In this document: positions 36,295 to 49,562 of the stretch, piece by piece
Numbering within the stretch: position 1 is the stretch's first letter
Layout of the letters: each line of letters opens with the position of its first letter
NCBI RefSeq assembly: GCF_000143415.4
Contig: NW_003314318.1
Coordinates: 744,001-808,000 of the forward strand
Source: Selaginella moellendorffii
Taxonomy: Eukaryota; Plantae; Lycopodiophyta
Length of the DNA stretch: 64,000 nt
Direction of reading: 5' to 3'
Made by a program: the position numbers and the translations under genes
The notes under the pieces: generated by a model
The model's input: the letters and a program-made list of their open reading frames with translations, nothing else
Told to the model about the DNA's origin: nothing
Databases searched by the model: none

Positions 36295-38902
36295 ATGGGC
36301 GGTAATGAGCAGGATAGGACTGATGCCGTGTACAAGACGAAGATTGTGAATTTCTTGGGCCGCCCCGTGCCTATCATCCTCCAAAACGATAACGGTCCTT
36401 GCCCTCTCATCGCTATCTGTGAGTAAACTTTTACTGGTTTGCATTAGGAGCTTTTCTCTTACTTTGTTTTCCCTTGTTTTCTCAGGTAACGTTCTTCTCT
36501 TGAGAAACAACGTGACACTTCACAAGGATTCTCCCGACATCTCACTACAAAGTCTACTGATTTTGGTAGCCGAGAGACTGCTCGATTCGAATAGCAACAA
36601 CCAGGTAAAGTTACTCAAGCTTTAATGCCATTTTTCCACGGATTTGCTCCTCTTTTTTTCTTCCTCTGGTTCAGGACAAGGACGAGAACTATATCCAGAA
36701 CCAGCAGCAGAACATTTCGGATGCCATCTCGTTGCTTCCTCGGCTTGCCACTGGAATTGATGTTAATGTTCGGTTTAGAAAGTAAGCCGGACTGTGCCGT
36801 TTCTTTGGCTCGGGCGCTTATACTTTCGCACTATTTTCGCAGTATTCATGATTTTGAGTTCACCCCAGAGTGCGCGATATTTGATCTTCTAGACATTGGC
36901 CTTGTCCATGGCTGGCTTTGTGATCCTCAGGTAACCATGCCATTAAGGGTCGATTCTCTTACTCTTTTGCTGGTGTAGGATGAGACCACAAGCAGAGCAG
37001 TGGGATCAAACTCTTACAACGTCCTCGTTGAAAAGCTTGTCGCATTGCACGCTGGAAAGCCTGCTGTGGAGGAGGAGCCGACTGTCGATTTTGCCGCTGC
37101 AACCACTGCTAGCTTAGGAGTGCCTTCTCCAGGTCTCTGCTCGAGAACGTCCTTTGAGGGCTTGCAGTTTCTGGATTTCACGGATCAAAAGCAGGAAGCC
37201 CCGGAGACGCTTGATACGTCATTGGAGACAGAAACAGAGGGTTCAAATGAAGCGGAGGAAACCCGAAAGAGGAAAGGTGATGAAGAGGAAGCCGCTCAGT
37301 TGCTCGACGCTCTCAACCTGTCCAGAGTGGACGTCCCAAGCACGCAGCTTGTGGATACGGAAAATGGAGCTTCGAGTCCAAAGAAGAACCCGGTGGAAAC
37401 GGAAGCAGGCCTCAAGGAGTGGCCCAGTATGACAGTATGGGTGCCTGAAAAAGATGGTGGCAGTGGTACAGAGTCACTGGTAACGGTGGCGGAGGACAGT
37501 GAGTGGCAGACCAAAATCGATCGCGACACAACGGAGAGCTCGCAGCTCAGTAGCTCGTCAGATTTCGAGTGTGTAGAAGTAGACGATTGTAGGACTGCTG
37601 ATTCTTCGAACCTCAGCGGAGAAGCAGAAAAGATGGAATCCGCGACAGCTGACAGCATCGCTGAGGATGCTGGTCGTGAGAATGAAGGACGGATTGGAAT
37701 CGATGAGCCGCTTTACGAGGGTGAAACAACATATCAGTCATTTGAAGGTGACTTCGAGAACCGGGAGCTTTTATACGAAGGGGAAGCGGTTATAGCTGAT
37801 TCGGAGCCGGGATCCAGTGGATCTGATTTGAGAACTTCAGAAGGTATGATTTCCATTTGTTTGTTTCTTAGTTCAAGCAAACTTTTGGGGCTAATATGTG
37901 TAACTGGATGCTTTGAAACTTTCCAGCGCTGGCTATTGAGAATTTTTTGAGCAGCCACGCAAGTCAACTCACATACTACGGGTGCGTTGCAAGCGTTTGT
38001 TTATTCTTTGCTGAATATTTGTCTTTTCCCGATTTGTTTTTCCAGTCTCTTTAGTTTGCAGGAAGGGCTGAAAGAAAGAGAGCTGTGTGTTTTTTTCCGC
38101 AATAATCACTTCAGTGCGATGTTTAAGGTCTGGTTGGTTGTGTTATTCGGTAATTGCTACAAGTGCTTATCGTCGTGTTGCAGTACGAGGGAGATCTCTT
38201 TCTGCTTGTGACAGATCAAGGCTACCTCAACGAACCCGATGTCGTGTGGGAAAAACTTACTGAGGTGATTTAATTTGAAGGGTGACGTTCGTTGCTTGAC
38301 GGTTGCGTGCTGTAGGTGGACGGTGACTCTGTCTTTTTCACCGGCAACTTCACGTTGTTTAAGGCGGACGATCGGAACACGAGTTCCTGGAATGAGCGTG
38401 ACGCAGTCGCTGCCACAGCTGTGAGTTGTTACAAACTATCTCAGTGGAGGATCTCTGTATTTATCTTTACTTTTGCTGCAGGATTACATCTCTCAAATGG
38501 GAAAGCCAGTCCCGGCACCGCAAACTTCCATTGATCCAAGCTACAAGTATGACTGGGTTTTATAGTGTCTCGGTTCTTATCATCACGTCTTTGGTGCAGC
38601 TCGGATTTGGAGCTAGCCATGGCACTGCAGCAACAAGAATTCGACCAGCAGCAAAACCAGCAAAACCAGCAACCGCAGCAACAGCAGCAACAGCAGCAGC
38701 AGCAGTCCCCTCGAAAGCCATCCAATTCTCCGCGAAAGGGACACAGACAATCCAGTGGGATCACTCCTGGAAGGCTAGTCACGGTAAGAAGATAGCACTT
38801 CCTTCGCCGAACTAAAAGATTATCTGGCAGGGACCGAGCAGTGCCAGTCCGCCACCCAAGTCATCGGACTCGAAACCCAAGGATAAATGCAAATTGATGT
38901 GA
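36295..38902 (+). CDS. MINDY (FAM63)-family deubiquitinase
   Basis: Catalytic QNDNGPCPLIAIC, LVHGWLCDPQ, VFFRNNHFS and LVTDQGY; ubiquitin-binding SDLELAMALQQQE; C-terminal CaaX CKLM. Confidence 0.93.
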
Positions 38903-39011
38903 AATACAAAGGATGGTAATAATATACATAATTTTTTTCTTCCCATCTTATTCTCTAGTTTGATTTATTACTTCATAGCTTGGATTGATTTTTTTTATCG
39001 ATCATGTTAAG

Positions 39012-40604
39012 ATGGACACACTGCCAGTGGAAGTAAAATCCTGCGCAAAGCTTCTAAAATCTCTCGACAAGCTAGAGGATTGCCACAAGGTCCACGCGAA
39101 GATCCTCGAGCACAGCCTCTTTTCTCGCAACACCTTTCTCTCCAACACCACCCTCGAGGCCTACGCTCGATGCGGGGGCTTGGCCGAGGCGCTCCACCTC
39201 TTCCACTCGATCCATCGCCCCAATCTCTTCTCCTGGGGCCTCGTGATCCGGGCTTGCATCGGCCACGATCGCCTCCCTCTCGCTCGCGAGTTCTTCGATG
39301 GATCGCCCCAGCGCGGCCTGGTGCTGTGGACGACGATGGTGGCGGCGTATGCCCAGGCTGGGGATCCCGCGGCAGCGCAGGAGCTCTTCGATTCCATGCC
39401 CGAGTGGGACGTGATCTCCTCCACGGTGATGATCACGGCCTGCGAGCTGCCAAGAGCGCGAGAGATCTTCGCCGCCATGCCCGAGAGAAACTTGGTCTCC
39501 TGGACAGCGATGGCGGCAGCGTATGCCCGGAGAGGGCATCTGGAAGAAGCCGTGGAGCTCTTGGATCGAACGCCGGAGCTGGATCTGGTGTTGTGCACGT
39601 CTATCGCGGCCACGCACGCGAGGAACGGCGATTTCGATCGAGCGAGAGAGTTCTTCAACCGGATCAAAGAGCCCGACGCGTTCTCGTACGCCACCATGAT
39701 TGCTGCGTATGCCCAGGCCGGGAAGATGGAGGAAGCCCAAGAGCTCTTCGATCGAATGCCCGAGTTTGGAGTGGTGGCGGCCACTGCCCTCGTCCATGGC
39801 TACGCCGAGAGTGGCGATCTCGAGGCCGCGAAGCTCGCCTTCGATCGAATGCCGGAGAAGAACATCGTTTCCTGGACGACGATCGTCTCCGCCTATGCCC
39901 GAGCCGGTCTCATCGAAGCCGCCGAGGAGTTCTTCGCGAGCTCGATGAGCAAGCACGACACCACATCGAGCAACGCGATGCTGGCCGCGCTGACGCTCAA
40001 CTCCTGCGTCGATCGAGCCAAGGCGGTGTTTGATGCGATGCCGCTGCGCGACCTGGTGTCGTGGAACTCGATCTGCGAGGCCTTCGCCGGGAGCAACCGA
40101 GTGGACGTCGCGGCGGAGATCTTTCGCTCGATGCCCGAGACCGATGTGGTGTCCTGGACGACTCTCGTTGTGGCGTATGCTCAGGCTGGTCATAGCGCCG
40201 CTGCCTCGCTCGAGCTCTTCCACGCCATGAATCTCCACGGCCAGCTTCCAAACGCCGTCACCTTTGTGGGAATCCTCACTGCTTGCAGCCGCATTGGGAG
40301 CTTGCGTATCGGTCTAGCCTGCTTTGCTTCGATGGTCCACGACTTTGCACTCGAGGTTTCTCCGGAGCATTGGTCTTGCCTTGTGGACATGCTGGGAAGG
40401 TCGGGTCAGACGAGTGATGCGCAAGAGGTGATCAAAGACCTGCCTGCTGCTCGCGAGGATCCCGTGGCGTGGACGGCGTTTCTGAGCTCTTGTAAAGACC
40501 AGGCGGATTTCCAGCGGGGAGCTTTCGTTGCCCGAGATGTGGTTGCTTCCGGTGTTGCGGATGGCGGGGCTTTCACGCTTGTTTCTAGCATCTGCTTCAC
40601 TTAG
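39012..40604 (+). CDS. PLS-class PPR protein with E domain (SS-rich array, no DYW)
   Basis: Tandem 31-aa motifs (SWTAMAAAYARRGHLEEA..FDRMPE) followed by HWSCLVDMLGRSG..VAWTAFLSSC E-motif. Confidence 0.93.
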   Translation: MDTLPVEVKSCAKLLKSLDKLEDCHKVHAKILEHSLFSRNTFLSNTTLEAYARCGGLAEALHLFHSIHRPNLFSWGLVIRACIGHDRLPLAREFFDGSPQRGLVLWTTMVAAYAQAGDPAAAQELFDSMPEWDVISSTVMITACELPRAREIFAAMPERNLVSWTAMAAAYARRGHLEEAVELLDRTPELDLVLCTSIAATHARNGDFDRAREFFNRIKEPDAFSYATMIAAYAQAGKMEEAQELFDRMPEFGVVAATALVHGYAESGDLEAAKLAFDRMPEKNIVSWTTIVSAYARAGLIEAAEEFFASSMSKHDTTSSNAMLAALTLNSCVDRAKAVFDAMPLRDLVSWNSICEAFAGSNRVDVAAEIFRSMPETDVVSWTTLVVAYAQAGHSAAASLELFHAMNLHGQLPNAVTFVGILTACSRIGSLRIGLACFASMVHDFALEVSPEHWSCLVDMLGRSGQTSDAQEVIKDLPAAREDPVAWTAFLSSCKDQADFQRGAFVARDVVASGVADGGAFTLVSSICFT

Positions 40605-40713
40605 CGAGAAAACAAGAGAAGGCGAAGTGCAGAAACACCTTCTCACTCACAGACGATGATAGCCTTTCTTTATTGTAACTTTACTGGTGTACCTTTGCTT
40701 TCACACACGAAGC

Positions 40714-41613
40714 TCACAGAAGCTTCAGGATATCCTTCTGCAAGAAAAGAAGTTAGTGCACCGAAAGAGAGTAGCGCGGCAAGAAATTGACCTCGATTTT
40801 GGATGGGTTTGTAGTTGGAGCATAGCGCTCAACAACTTCACCAGTCTTGCTCACCAGAAACTTGCTGAAGTTCCACTTGATAAAGTCGCCGAAAATGCCC
40901 CCACCCTTGGCAGACTTGAGGTACTTAAAAACAGGAGCTGTGTCTGCTCCATTCACGTTCACCTGACACAACACCACGATGGAAAAATTAGGAGAGAACT
41001 GAAAAGATAATCACCACTTACTTTCCCAAAAACCGGGAACTCGGCCTTGAATCGAGTACACACGGTTTGCTGGATTTCTTCGTTAGAGCCAGGCTCTTGC
41101 CCGGCAAACTGGTTACACGGAAAGGCCAGGATCTCAAAGCCTGGAGTCAGAGAGAGCTCATAAGTTTCACAGCCAGAAAAAAGAAATTCATACCCTTGTC
41201 CTTGTACTTCTCGTAGAGCTCGTTGAGTTCTTTGTAATTGGTTGTAGTGAAGCCACTGCCGAAGAAGAAAAACCGGTTAGAGCACACCTCGATTGACAAC
41301 AAACATACCATTGCGATGCAACGTTTACAATCAGGAGAACTTTGTCCTTGTAGCTGCCGAGAGAAACATCGTTTCCTGTAGCATCCTGTAAAACAATGGG
41401 AAGAACTTCTAGACAATTGGAGAGATGTATAAACGAGCGAACCTTGACAGTAATGTCGTAGATGCTAGAGGGCTTATCCGAAGAGCTCATGTTCCGATAA
41501 TTCGGCGAGAAGATTCTTGCAGAGTCGTGAAAAAGCGAAGGGTTCCTCCAATACAAAGATACCAAGAGCACAAGAACCAACGATATATATGAGGAATATG
41601 CACTAAGTATCAT
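40714..41613 (-). CDS. GPX: Glutathione peroxidase (Cys-type) with hydrophobic N-terminus
   Basis: VNVASQCG (Cys codon TG|T split by an intron), ILAFPCNQF and IKWNFSKFL signatures; six exons. Confidence 0.95.
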
Positions 41614-42000
41614 TCGCTGGTACGTTAAAAACTAGCTGTGGATTCTTGTGTCTGGAAGAACAAGCCAGAAGCGAGATAGATGATCGACCTCGATCGATCT
41701 CGACGCGCAAGAGCGACAATCGCCATACCTGGATTGCGACAAGCGAGTGACTGCTCACAGATCGAGCCAAGCGATTCTCACACCGCGTTCTTGGCGCAGC
41801 GCATTCCGGGAAGAAGAGAAAGAACAAAGAAACCCTAGCACTGGAGAGGCAATGAGCTTCTTGTCTATGAGAAATTTTGGGGGGAATGGATCGAAGCGAC
41901 CATCGATCCAATCCAGGAAATATTACAGTGAGCAATCGCACCGATCGGTGGATGGCAGGAAGAATGGAAATATTTCGAGAGAGCTCTTACTCCTCCGCGG

Positions 42001-42447
42001 TCACGGGGTCACGCTGTCGCTGGATGTAGGCCGGAATCCCACAGTCGGATACATCTGGCGCTTGCGATGCATGCTCACTGGCGCCGCCGTGAAATGCATG
42101 AGCAGCTGGTTGCTCGCGAAGAGATCCGTGAGATAGCTGCCGCCATTGCCGAGAACCTTGCTGCACGCGCCTTTGATCTTCCTCGCGACCACGCCGGGCG
42201 CCCTGGCCATGGCCTGGTGGATCTTGGACACCGGGCACGGAGATTTCCTGCAAGCCGACTTGGATTTCGCCGATCGGTCGCCTGGCCGATCGGCCGGGCG
42301 GAGGCGAATCACCGGCGGGAGCTCCACATTGCTGCTACACTCCGCGGCATCGATGGAGCTCACGAATCTCTGGTAGCTGCGGATGCCATGGCCGGATTTC
42401 TTCTTGTCCCTGGACAATCCCAATGCCGCCGGCAAAGACCGCCCCAT
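42001..42447 (-). CDS. Hypothetical basic protein (about 148 aa)
   Basis: GC-rich ORF starting MGRSLPAALG, with telo-box-like TTTAGGG motifs upstream at 42770-42810; no family recognised. Confidence 0.45.
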   Translation of the reverse strand: MGRSLPAALGLSRDKKKSGHGIRSYQRFVSSIDAAECSSNVELPPVIRLRPADRPGDRSAKSKSACRKSPCPVSKIHQAMARAPGVVARKIKGACSKVLGNGGSYLTDLFASNQLLMHFTAAPVSMHRKRQMYPTVGFRPTSSDSVTP

Positions 42448-42797
42448 AATCCCTATACGGATGGATCCACTGCTGCGTGGCCGCCGTCGCGTGGATCGAT
42501 GGAATCGATCGATCGCCTGCCTGCCTGGGAAGGATGGAATCGCAGCAACTACCTTATTAACGACTGCCGATTCGGGATCAGAGGAGGAGGAGAGAGAGAG
42601 GGACGCGTTCTTCGCCAGGACTGCGACGCCATGCCATTGAAGGAAAAGATGGATGGACGGATCCAATCAAGGATGGAACAGAGTAATGCCAGATCTCCAT
42701 TCCACGGTTTGGTAGAGCGCATTGAAGGAAGTGACTCTAGGGCTTGCGTGTCCGCCGCGGTGTCAACATTTTAGGGCTTTCCTTTTAGTTTAGGGTT

Positions 42798-44196
42798 CTA
42801 ACTTTTAGGGCGTAAATTAAAGGGGGGGTCAACAAATTTGCCAGACAAGATCAAGTTGGCCACCAGTTTGTGGTACTTTTGCGTGAAATGGTTTCCATCC
42901 CAAGAGACGAATTTGGAGGGATCAACACAGACTGGAACTCCGGGCGATCCACATTTTCTCCGGGGTGAGAAGTTGTACGGACTCCCGGATCCACAGCACG
43001 CGTTGTCTGTGTCTGCGAAACCTGTATGAAAATCCTGATCATCAGCTAGGAAACTTCAAGAGAATAGCCACACCGTAACGCTCTGCGTTCTTCTTGATGT
43101 GGAGGAACGAGTTGTAGAGATCCGCAAAGAAGAATCTCGAGTCGCGGTGTTGTTTCCTCAGCCGATCGGTGGCGGCCTTTAGCCCGAGCTGCAGCGTGAG
43201 CGTGAGGTTGTTGTACGGAATTAGACACCCGCCGGCGTCATAGTCCCCCGGGTTCTTGCCTCCGTACAGCGTCTTGAAGAGCGGCGTGCAACCCTGTGGA
43301 GGGCGGCCGAAAACCAAGAAATTCCTCGCTCCATGCCGGTGCAAGGTCTGCTCGGAAAGTTCTAAGATTTGCCATCGAGACTCGGGTTACTCACTCTTAT
43401 TGCGGATTCAACAGCGGCCACCGCCCGAGGGATGATCGAATCGCGAATCTCCTCGAGCGATTTGTTCCCGAACTCCGGCTTTAAGTTGTGATTGATATCG
43501 TTCCCGCCGACGAGAATGAAGTACAGAGATTTCTTGAAGAAAGACGGGGCTGGCAACAAGTTGTTGCATCCTTTTACTGAGGATAAAAATGCCATCGTCA
43601 AAGTTCTGTCAAGCCACAACAAAAGTACCTGTCCCTTGATCGATTTCTCGAGCCCGGCTGATCACCCTTCTTCGAAACTGCAAGAACTGCTTCACTTGGA
43701 GCATGAGGTGGAAGGGATTTTGGAAGCTTGCAGCGGCGGCAGTAGCTCCAGTCTGCGCGAAATTCACACTTTTCCTATGATCCGGGCGCAAATCCTCCAA
43801 ATAAGCCACCGCGCCCTCTCCAAGACCGAGAGCTTTCACTGGAAACCACGGATTGCTCGATTATGATTGCCCATGAAAACAACTATTTGACCCCGTACCA
43901 AAGTAGTCCACCATGAGCTTTCCATCGCTGGATCTTCCCGTGCTACTGGATCCGGGCCAGGTGATCCCGTACGGCAGTCCGGAAGGGAATCCCCCGGGCA
44001 CACCGTCGGGAAACAAGGCTTGCGCGTTACCTGTGTCGGACAGGGAATCGCCAAACGCGATGAGACCCCGGACTGGAAGCGCTCGCAAATGTGGGGCACG
44101 ATGTGGGGCTTGTCCTCCAAATGTTGAAAGAATCTGGGCATTGGCATCGATGAGCAGCGAGAGCGAGTAGCACATCCATTGGAGGAGCAGTGTCAT
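42798..44196 (-). CDS. GDSL/SGNH esterase-lipase
   Basis: Block I FGDSLSDTGN, PYG..TGRSSDG, NFAQTGA, VGGND, GCTP and block V WDGNH; five exons. Confidence 0.95.
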
Positions 44197-44879
44197 GGTG
44201 TGTGAGATTGATATTGAAGAACGTTTTGTGCAAGCATTCCTCTAGAAGTGAAGTATATTTGAATCTCAAAATCCATCCAAGCACGTTTTAAGATGCCGAT
44301 AGTGTATTTTGGATTCAAAATGGTCAAAGGGGCATAACGTTAAAAGATATTTAATCTTAAGAGGAGGTCGTTAAGCCTTTTTATCTTTGTTGTTAAAAGA
44401 TTGGTAAACCCTAAAAAGGAACCTCCGTCGATTCCAATCGGCTTAGCAGTTGGATCGCAAAAGCTCCGAATTAAGGATTAGCCTATAACTAAAGGTGAAG
44501 CAAATGAAGTGAGGAGGCCTTCGCCCATGATCTTGGTATTGCCTGGATATTGCTCAATTACTCAGTCGTGAGACTCATGAAAAGCAGATTTTTTCACACT
44601 ACCACTAGGTGAGCCCAGCATTTCGAGTCATCAAGATCCCTTTCAGGATCTTGCCATCCATGCAACTTCGTCGCTACAAGACCCTTACATTCACTTCACT
44701 CATTAGCTCTGACGAGGGTTGAAATTGATGATTCGGACGAACAAGGATTGACCCAGGCCTTCATTCTGGAGTCTGAAATCTCAAAATGAATTACTGATAC
44801 ACCTTGATACTTTGAACAAAATGATTTATGCATCTCTAAGTGCCAGAACATGATCATGATCTTGAGAGAGAATTTACAA

Positions 44880-47350
44880 AACCCAACATAGATGCGATGA
44901 ACAAACAACATCCATAATAACTACATCAAAGGGCTGGATTGACTCCAATGGAGCATTGATGGATCACCTTTCATGGGCGACGATTCCTCCAAAGGTGATC
45001 CCTAAAGAGGTCCAAAGCTACTTGAAGCTGCAAGGCTAGAAAATGCTAAAGAGATTTATTAATTGTTCCATTCAAATCCATAATCATATGAAGGATTTAG
45101 ATTGGTTTTCTATGCTCGAATATGAGCTTCAGGTATGTTGGTTTGTTGTTTAATTCTTCACATTTGTCCTGTGAGCAGGCAAAGATGTCCTTGGAGGAGT
45201 TCTGCAACGCAGTGCAAGTCCTCACCACCATCAGTGAGAGCTGTCCGATACAAACTCACAAACGACAATTCACGAAGAGCTATAACATGCTGGCTGAGAA
45301 GTACTTAGCAGATGAAGTGCAAAATTTTGGAAAGCATGACGTGGTGTTCCTGGTCACAGAGATGTGAAAGAAACTTATTTTAAAGTTTGGTTTGAGCTTT
45401 TTGGTTTTTGGTTGTAATTTTGTATTTACAATTTATAAACTTCCTTAAACACTTAATATATTCTAGTTTATTCTTTAAACATGTTTCAATGGATTAACAA
45501 ATAATACTAAAGTTGCTGCATGCAACACACAGAAAATTAAAGAATTGACAAACATGCGAGCTCAAAACATCCATTTTTTGCTTTCACTCTTCTTTGAAAT
45601 AAGTCGAAATGCAGACGCACAATCAAGCGTTCAGCTCTGGAAACTAGCTGCTCAAGGTAAGCACGTCGGTGTTGAAAGACCAGCCCTGCGGACTCGTGGC
45701 TCGATCGCTGAGTAGTAGTTACAGGTCGAAGGGAATGAGATTAATCGCCAGAGTTGGCTCTTCAGCAACCTTGGCAACGAAAAAATCCCTGACCGGGGAT
45801 TAAAGCAACTCTTACCAGCTTCTGGAGGCCATTCTAGCTTTGACCACCTCCGGATTCCAGGGGCAGTCAATCGGCACCGAAAGAGTCTCGACCGTCCTGT
45901 CCATGAGGCAGCCGCTCCTGTACCCGGTGGCTTTCATGGTCGCAAAGTTGACCATCCAATAGTCAGCGGCGACCTTCGATGACGCGAGCGCTCGTGAAGA
46001 CGATTTTAATTTTTGGAAAGCACGGGTGTTGTTGACCAGAAAGTCATGAAAAGTCGTAATCAAAGCATATCCTTTTTTCTTTCACTCTTTGCCTCTGGGA
46101 AGAACTTTTCTCCGAGAAAAATGAAAGCACCACAAGAACCCCTTGTTGAGGTCTGAAGCCTCTGGCCATGGTTTGACGTTAATGCCTATTTTTCACCGGG
46201 TTTGAGACGTCCAGAGCCTCTGACCAGAACTTTACACCGAAAGAAGCTATGCCTATCTTTTCTCACGGGGTGGAAGGATTTGCTCTCGACTGGAGTCCGG
46301 TGCACCACGCTGGTAACTTGAACCGATTGATCCATTTGCATATAGTGATATTGTTTATAGGTGTTAACAAATCCATGTCTGGCAACCACAGCATGTACCT
46401 TAAGAGCTTGCGTTCTTGTTAAACAATTCGTCCAGCGTCGAAGATCTGCGTGAAAGCGTTTCCTTTGCTTGAGTTTTAATGATAATATCTTTGAGCTTAC
46501 AGCCTGCTCCTCCGATGGAACGGTCAGTGATGAAAGTTTGATTCTCTTGGAACAGGTTTGTGGTTCTCAAGAACAAACATTTTTACTGCACTGTCAGATT
46601 CACACGCCCGGGATTTCGACTCTCTACAGGTGCTTGAGCTTCAATGCAATGTCTAAGTTTTGCTCGTAAAAGCTTTTTTAGGATGGTCCTCCCAAAACAC
46701 CATACTGCTTACCAATCTAAGAGTGCGAGATCACGGTTCTGAGTTCGACCAAGAAGTGGACAAAATGATTTACGACATGGATGACATTCTGGAACTGCTA
46801 TGTCTGGTATACATCAACGGCTTGGTAGAAGAACGTACCAGGTTAGATCCTACAATGGATCAGCTCTTGGCCATGGTTGGTGGTAGTCAATTTTCCTGGG
46901 CGCCTGTTCCTCCAGAGGAAATTGCGAAGATTCTACGCAGCTTGTTTTAAGAGACTCGATGAGCTTCAGGTATGTTATTCTTTGTATTCTTCTCTTTGTT
47001 TTGTGCTTCACATTTGTTTTGTGACCGGGCAGAGACGTCCTTTGAAGAGTTTTGCAGTGCAGTGTCCTTTGCACCATTTGCGAGAGTTCTTCTAAGCACC
47101 ACCTGACCAACCATGGCAACCGATAAGTTATGACAGGCTTTGCTGTGAAAATCATTGAGAAAATCATTGAGAAAGATCTGCACGGGCTGTCCCAGTGTCC
47201 AGGAGATGCCCAGGTTTTTTGACCAGGTAAACTCATTTTGAAGTTTGATTTCATGGTTTTTTCAGGTAGAAAGTTTCACCAGACACCACCGAGGAAAATT
47301 TGAGAAGGAACGAATCACACCACTCGTGAACAAGCTGAAAGCATCACTTT
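44880..47350. pseudogene. Degenerate gene fragments: two related + strand units (about 44900-45370 and 46660-47350) flanking a broken - strand fragment (about 45650-46400)
   Basis: Both units share GAGCTTCAG|GTATGTT splice context and SLEEFCNAV/SFEEFCSAV-like and FSWA.IPP/FSWAPVPP-like segments. In-frame stops interrupt them. Confidence 0.4.
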
Positions 47351-47452
47351 CACTTTTCTTTTGAAAGAAGTCGTGAGATCATGATCCACGTATACTTGTT
47401 TGAAGCGATAGCTCTTGGATAGCTCTTGTTTATTGAGAAGCAAACTTACTTA

Positions 47453-49269
47453 CTACTGACTCGAGGCCCCTCCTCCTCCCTCCTGCACGGACGAAAGCTT
47501 CTCTTTGGTCCCGGACAAGGCCTCGAGCTCCTTCTCCACAAACTTATCAATGTCGCTGGGCCGGGTCCCGATTCCAGCGGCGGCGGCCCTCGCCCGCGGC
47601 AAATCGTCCTTGAAAGACACCCTCTTCCTCCTCGCTGGCCGCCTCACCGCCTGTTCTTCCGCTGGTGATTTCTCTGGAGAAGCTCCCGACGGTGATACCA
47701 GCAAGACGTTCCGGCAGCAGCACACCATGGCTGCCACCTCCAGCACGAAGATGAGCACCGCCCCCCACACGTAGCACGTCCACTTCCACTTGTACAGGAC
47801 CGACTTGAGCCACGGAAGCTGCGACTGGACGAGCACCTCCGCGTTGTAGATCTCCGGCAGCCCGGCTCCAGGACCGAATCCGGCCCTCGGTTCCAGCAAT
47901 ATCTTGGCACTGCCCGGGTAGCTGCTGCTCGATCGCTCTTCGTACGCTTCCACCAGCTTTAGGACGAGAGTCTGCGACTCCACCTCCAGTCCTAGGATAA
48001 GTGGCACCGCCAGCATAGCTGTCTTTGCGTACCGGATCGGACGACTTCGGTAGCGGAGCATGCAGGGATGAGTGAACCGAGACAGCACCACGCCGTTCAC
48101 TGCCAGGATCTCAGCCGTCACCTGTTTTATTTCACAAAGTCTGTGAGCAAACCACGTCCAAAGCAAACAAAAACCAGAAAGCAAGAAAGAAAAGGAACTT
48201 CCATACGTACCTGGAACATCCCGAGGCGTATGTTGTGGTCGGATTCGGGTAGCTGCAAGGTTGCCGTGATGTGGAAGCTGTGCGTCTTCGGGATTGCCCA
48301 GGCTTTCAAGCTGCTGACGCTCTTGTCCGTTACAACCTGAGGGAAGAGAGGAACTCGTGCACTCGGACGAGCCTCGGTGTAGTCGAAGTTTATGCTTTCC
48401 CGCAGCTGGACTGGTTCTTCCACGAGCCGGGACATCAGCACCATGTCCATGAGAATGGCAGGAACCAAGAGGAGGTTCAAGAGCATAAACACGTATGCCG
48501 CTGACAAAACACCATATCCCATCCTCTTCACCATCCTGCTCACCTTTGGACCAATGTCTGCAGCAGCCTCCCAGAGCATAATCTGGAGCTGAGTTATAAC
48601 CGAGATGCCATCGCTGATCTTCCCCGTCACCTTGTTCTTGGCCTCCACAGTCCTATGGATTGGTTCCGTCACCATCGAGAAGCAGATGCTAAACAGTAGC
48701 ATCGCAATTGACATGGTGTAGCCGATCATCTTGAACTGGAAGCCGATCGCGTTGATCAAAAAACCAACTGGCCATAGCAGGAGATGGCTCTCCGGCTGCT
48801 CCTTGTGCGTTGGCATCTTGTACACTTCTCTTCTTCGATGCGGGGCCGGTGCCGGGACTGGAGCAGTCTCAAAACAGGCAGACTTCTCGACTAACGGCGG
48901 CATTGTCAGCCCCTCGTCCTGTTCATCGGCCCCCTGACTTTCGTTGCTACTGCTACCGTTCTCGAACAACAACGGCTGCCTATCCATGTCCGGATGCTTG
49001 CCACCATCGTCCTCGTCCGAATCAAAAGCCACCTCCCATCCGTTGTCAACGTCGGGAACCTCAAAACGGCCAGACCCCGAGGCCGAGCACTCGCCAGAGT
49101 CCTCCTCAGCCCCTTTATCGATGCGTGCCTGGCGAAAACCCGAGCTCTCGGCCACCTCTTCATCATGGAGCACGCACGACGATCCGGACGCGCTGTCGCC
49201 GACCCTTTCGGGGAAGCAACCGCTGTCAGGCTCTCGAGCAACCGAACCTGGAAGAATCGAAGACGCCAT
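47453..49269 (-). CDS. SEIPIN: Seipin (lipid-droplet biogenesis), long N-terminal type
   Basis: EEPVQLRESINFDYT, LQLPESDHNIRLGMFQV, PCMLRYRS and LPEIYNAEV..SQLPW motifs; one intron at about 48122-48210. Confidence 0.93.
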
Positions 49270-49562
49270 CCCCCGAAAAACCAAATCTCCCTGCCTACAT
49301 TCCCCGCATCACTTGTCGTGCTTCCCAACTCCGCCCAGCATTTTTTTTCCCCAGCAATCGTTGCTCGTCGCTAGAGCACCGCGACGACGATAGTAATGAA
49401 GCTCCCACCCCCCGAGCAAGTGCGCAGCTCGTTTTCTTCCTTCTTTTCCCTGCCCCTGTGCGTTTCCTCCATGCGCCTCGAGACCCGATAGACGGCGGCG
49501 ATGGCGTCGCTAATTTTAGGAACAAACGCTCATTGGCCACGTGATAGGCCGCCACCTGTCCT

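Noticed and set aside
41250-41315. Selenocysteine GPX
   Set aside because: The spliced active-site codon is TG|T (Cys), not TGA.
42770-42810. Interstitial telomere
   Set aside because: Only three scattered TTTAGGG units; better explained as telo-box promoter motifs.
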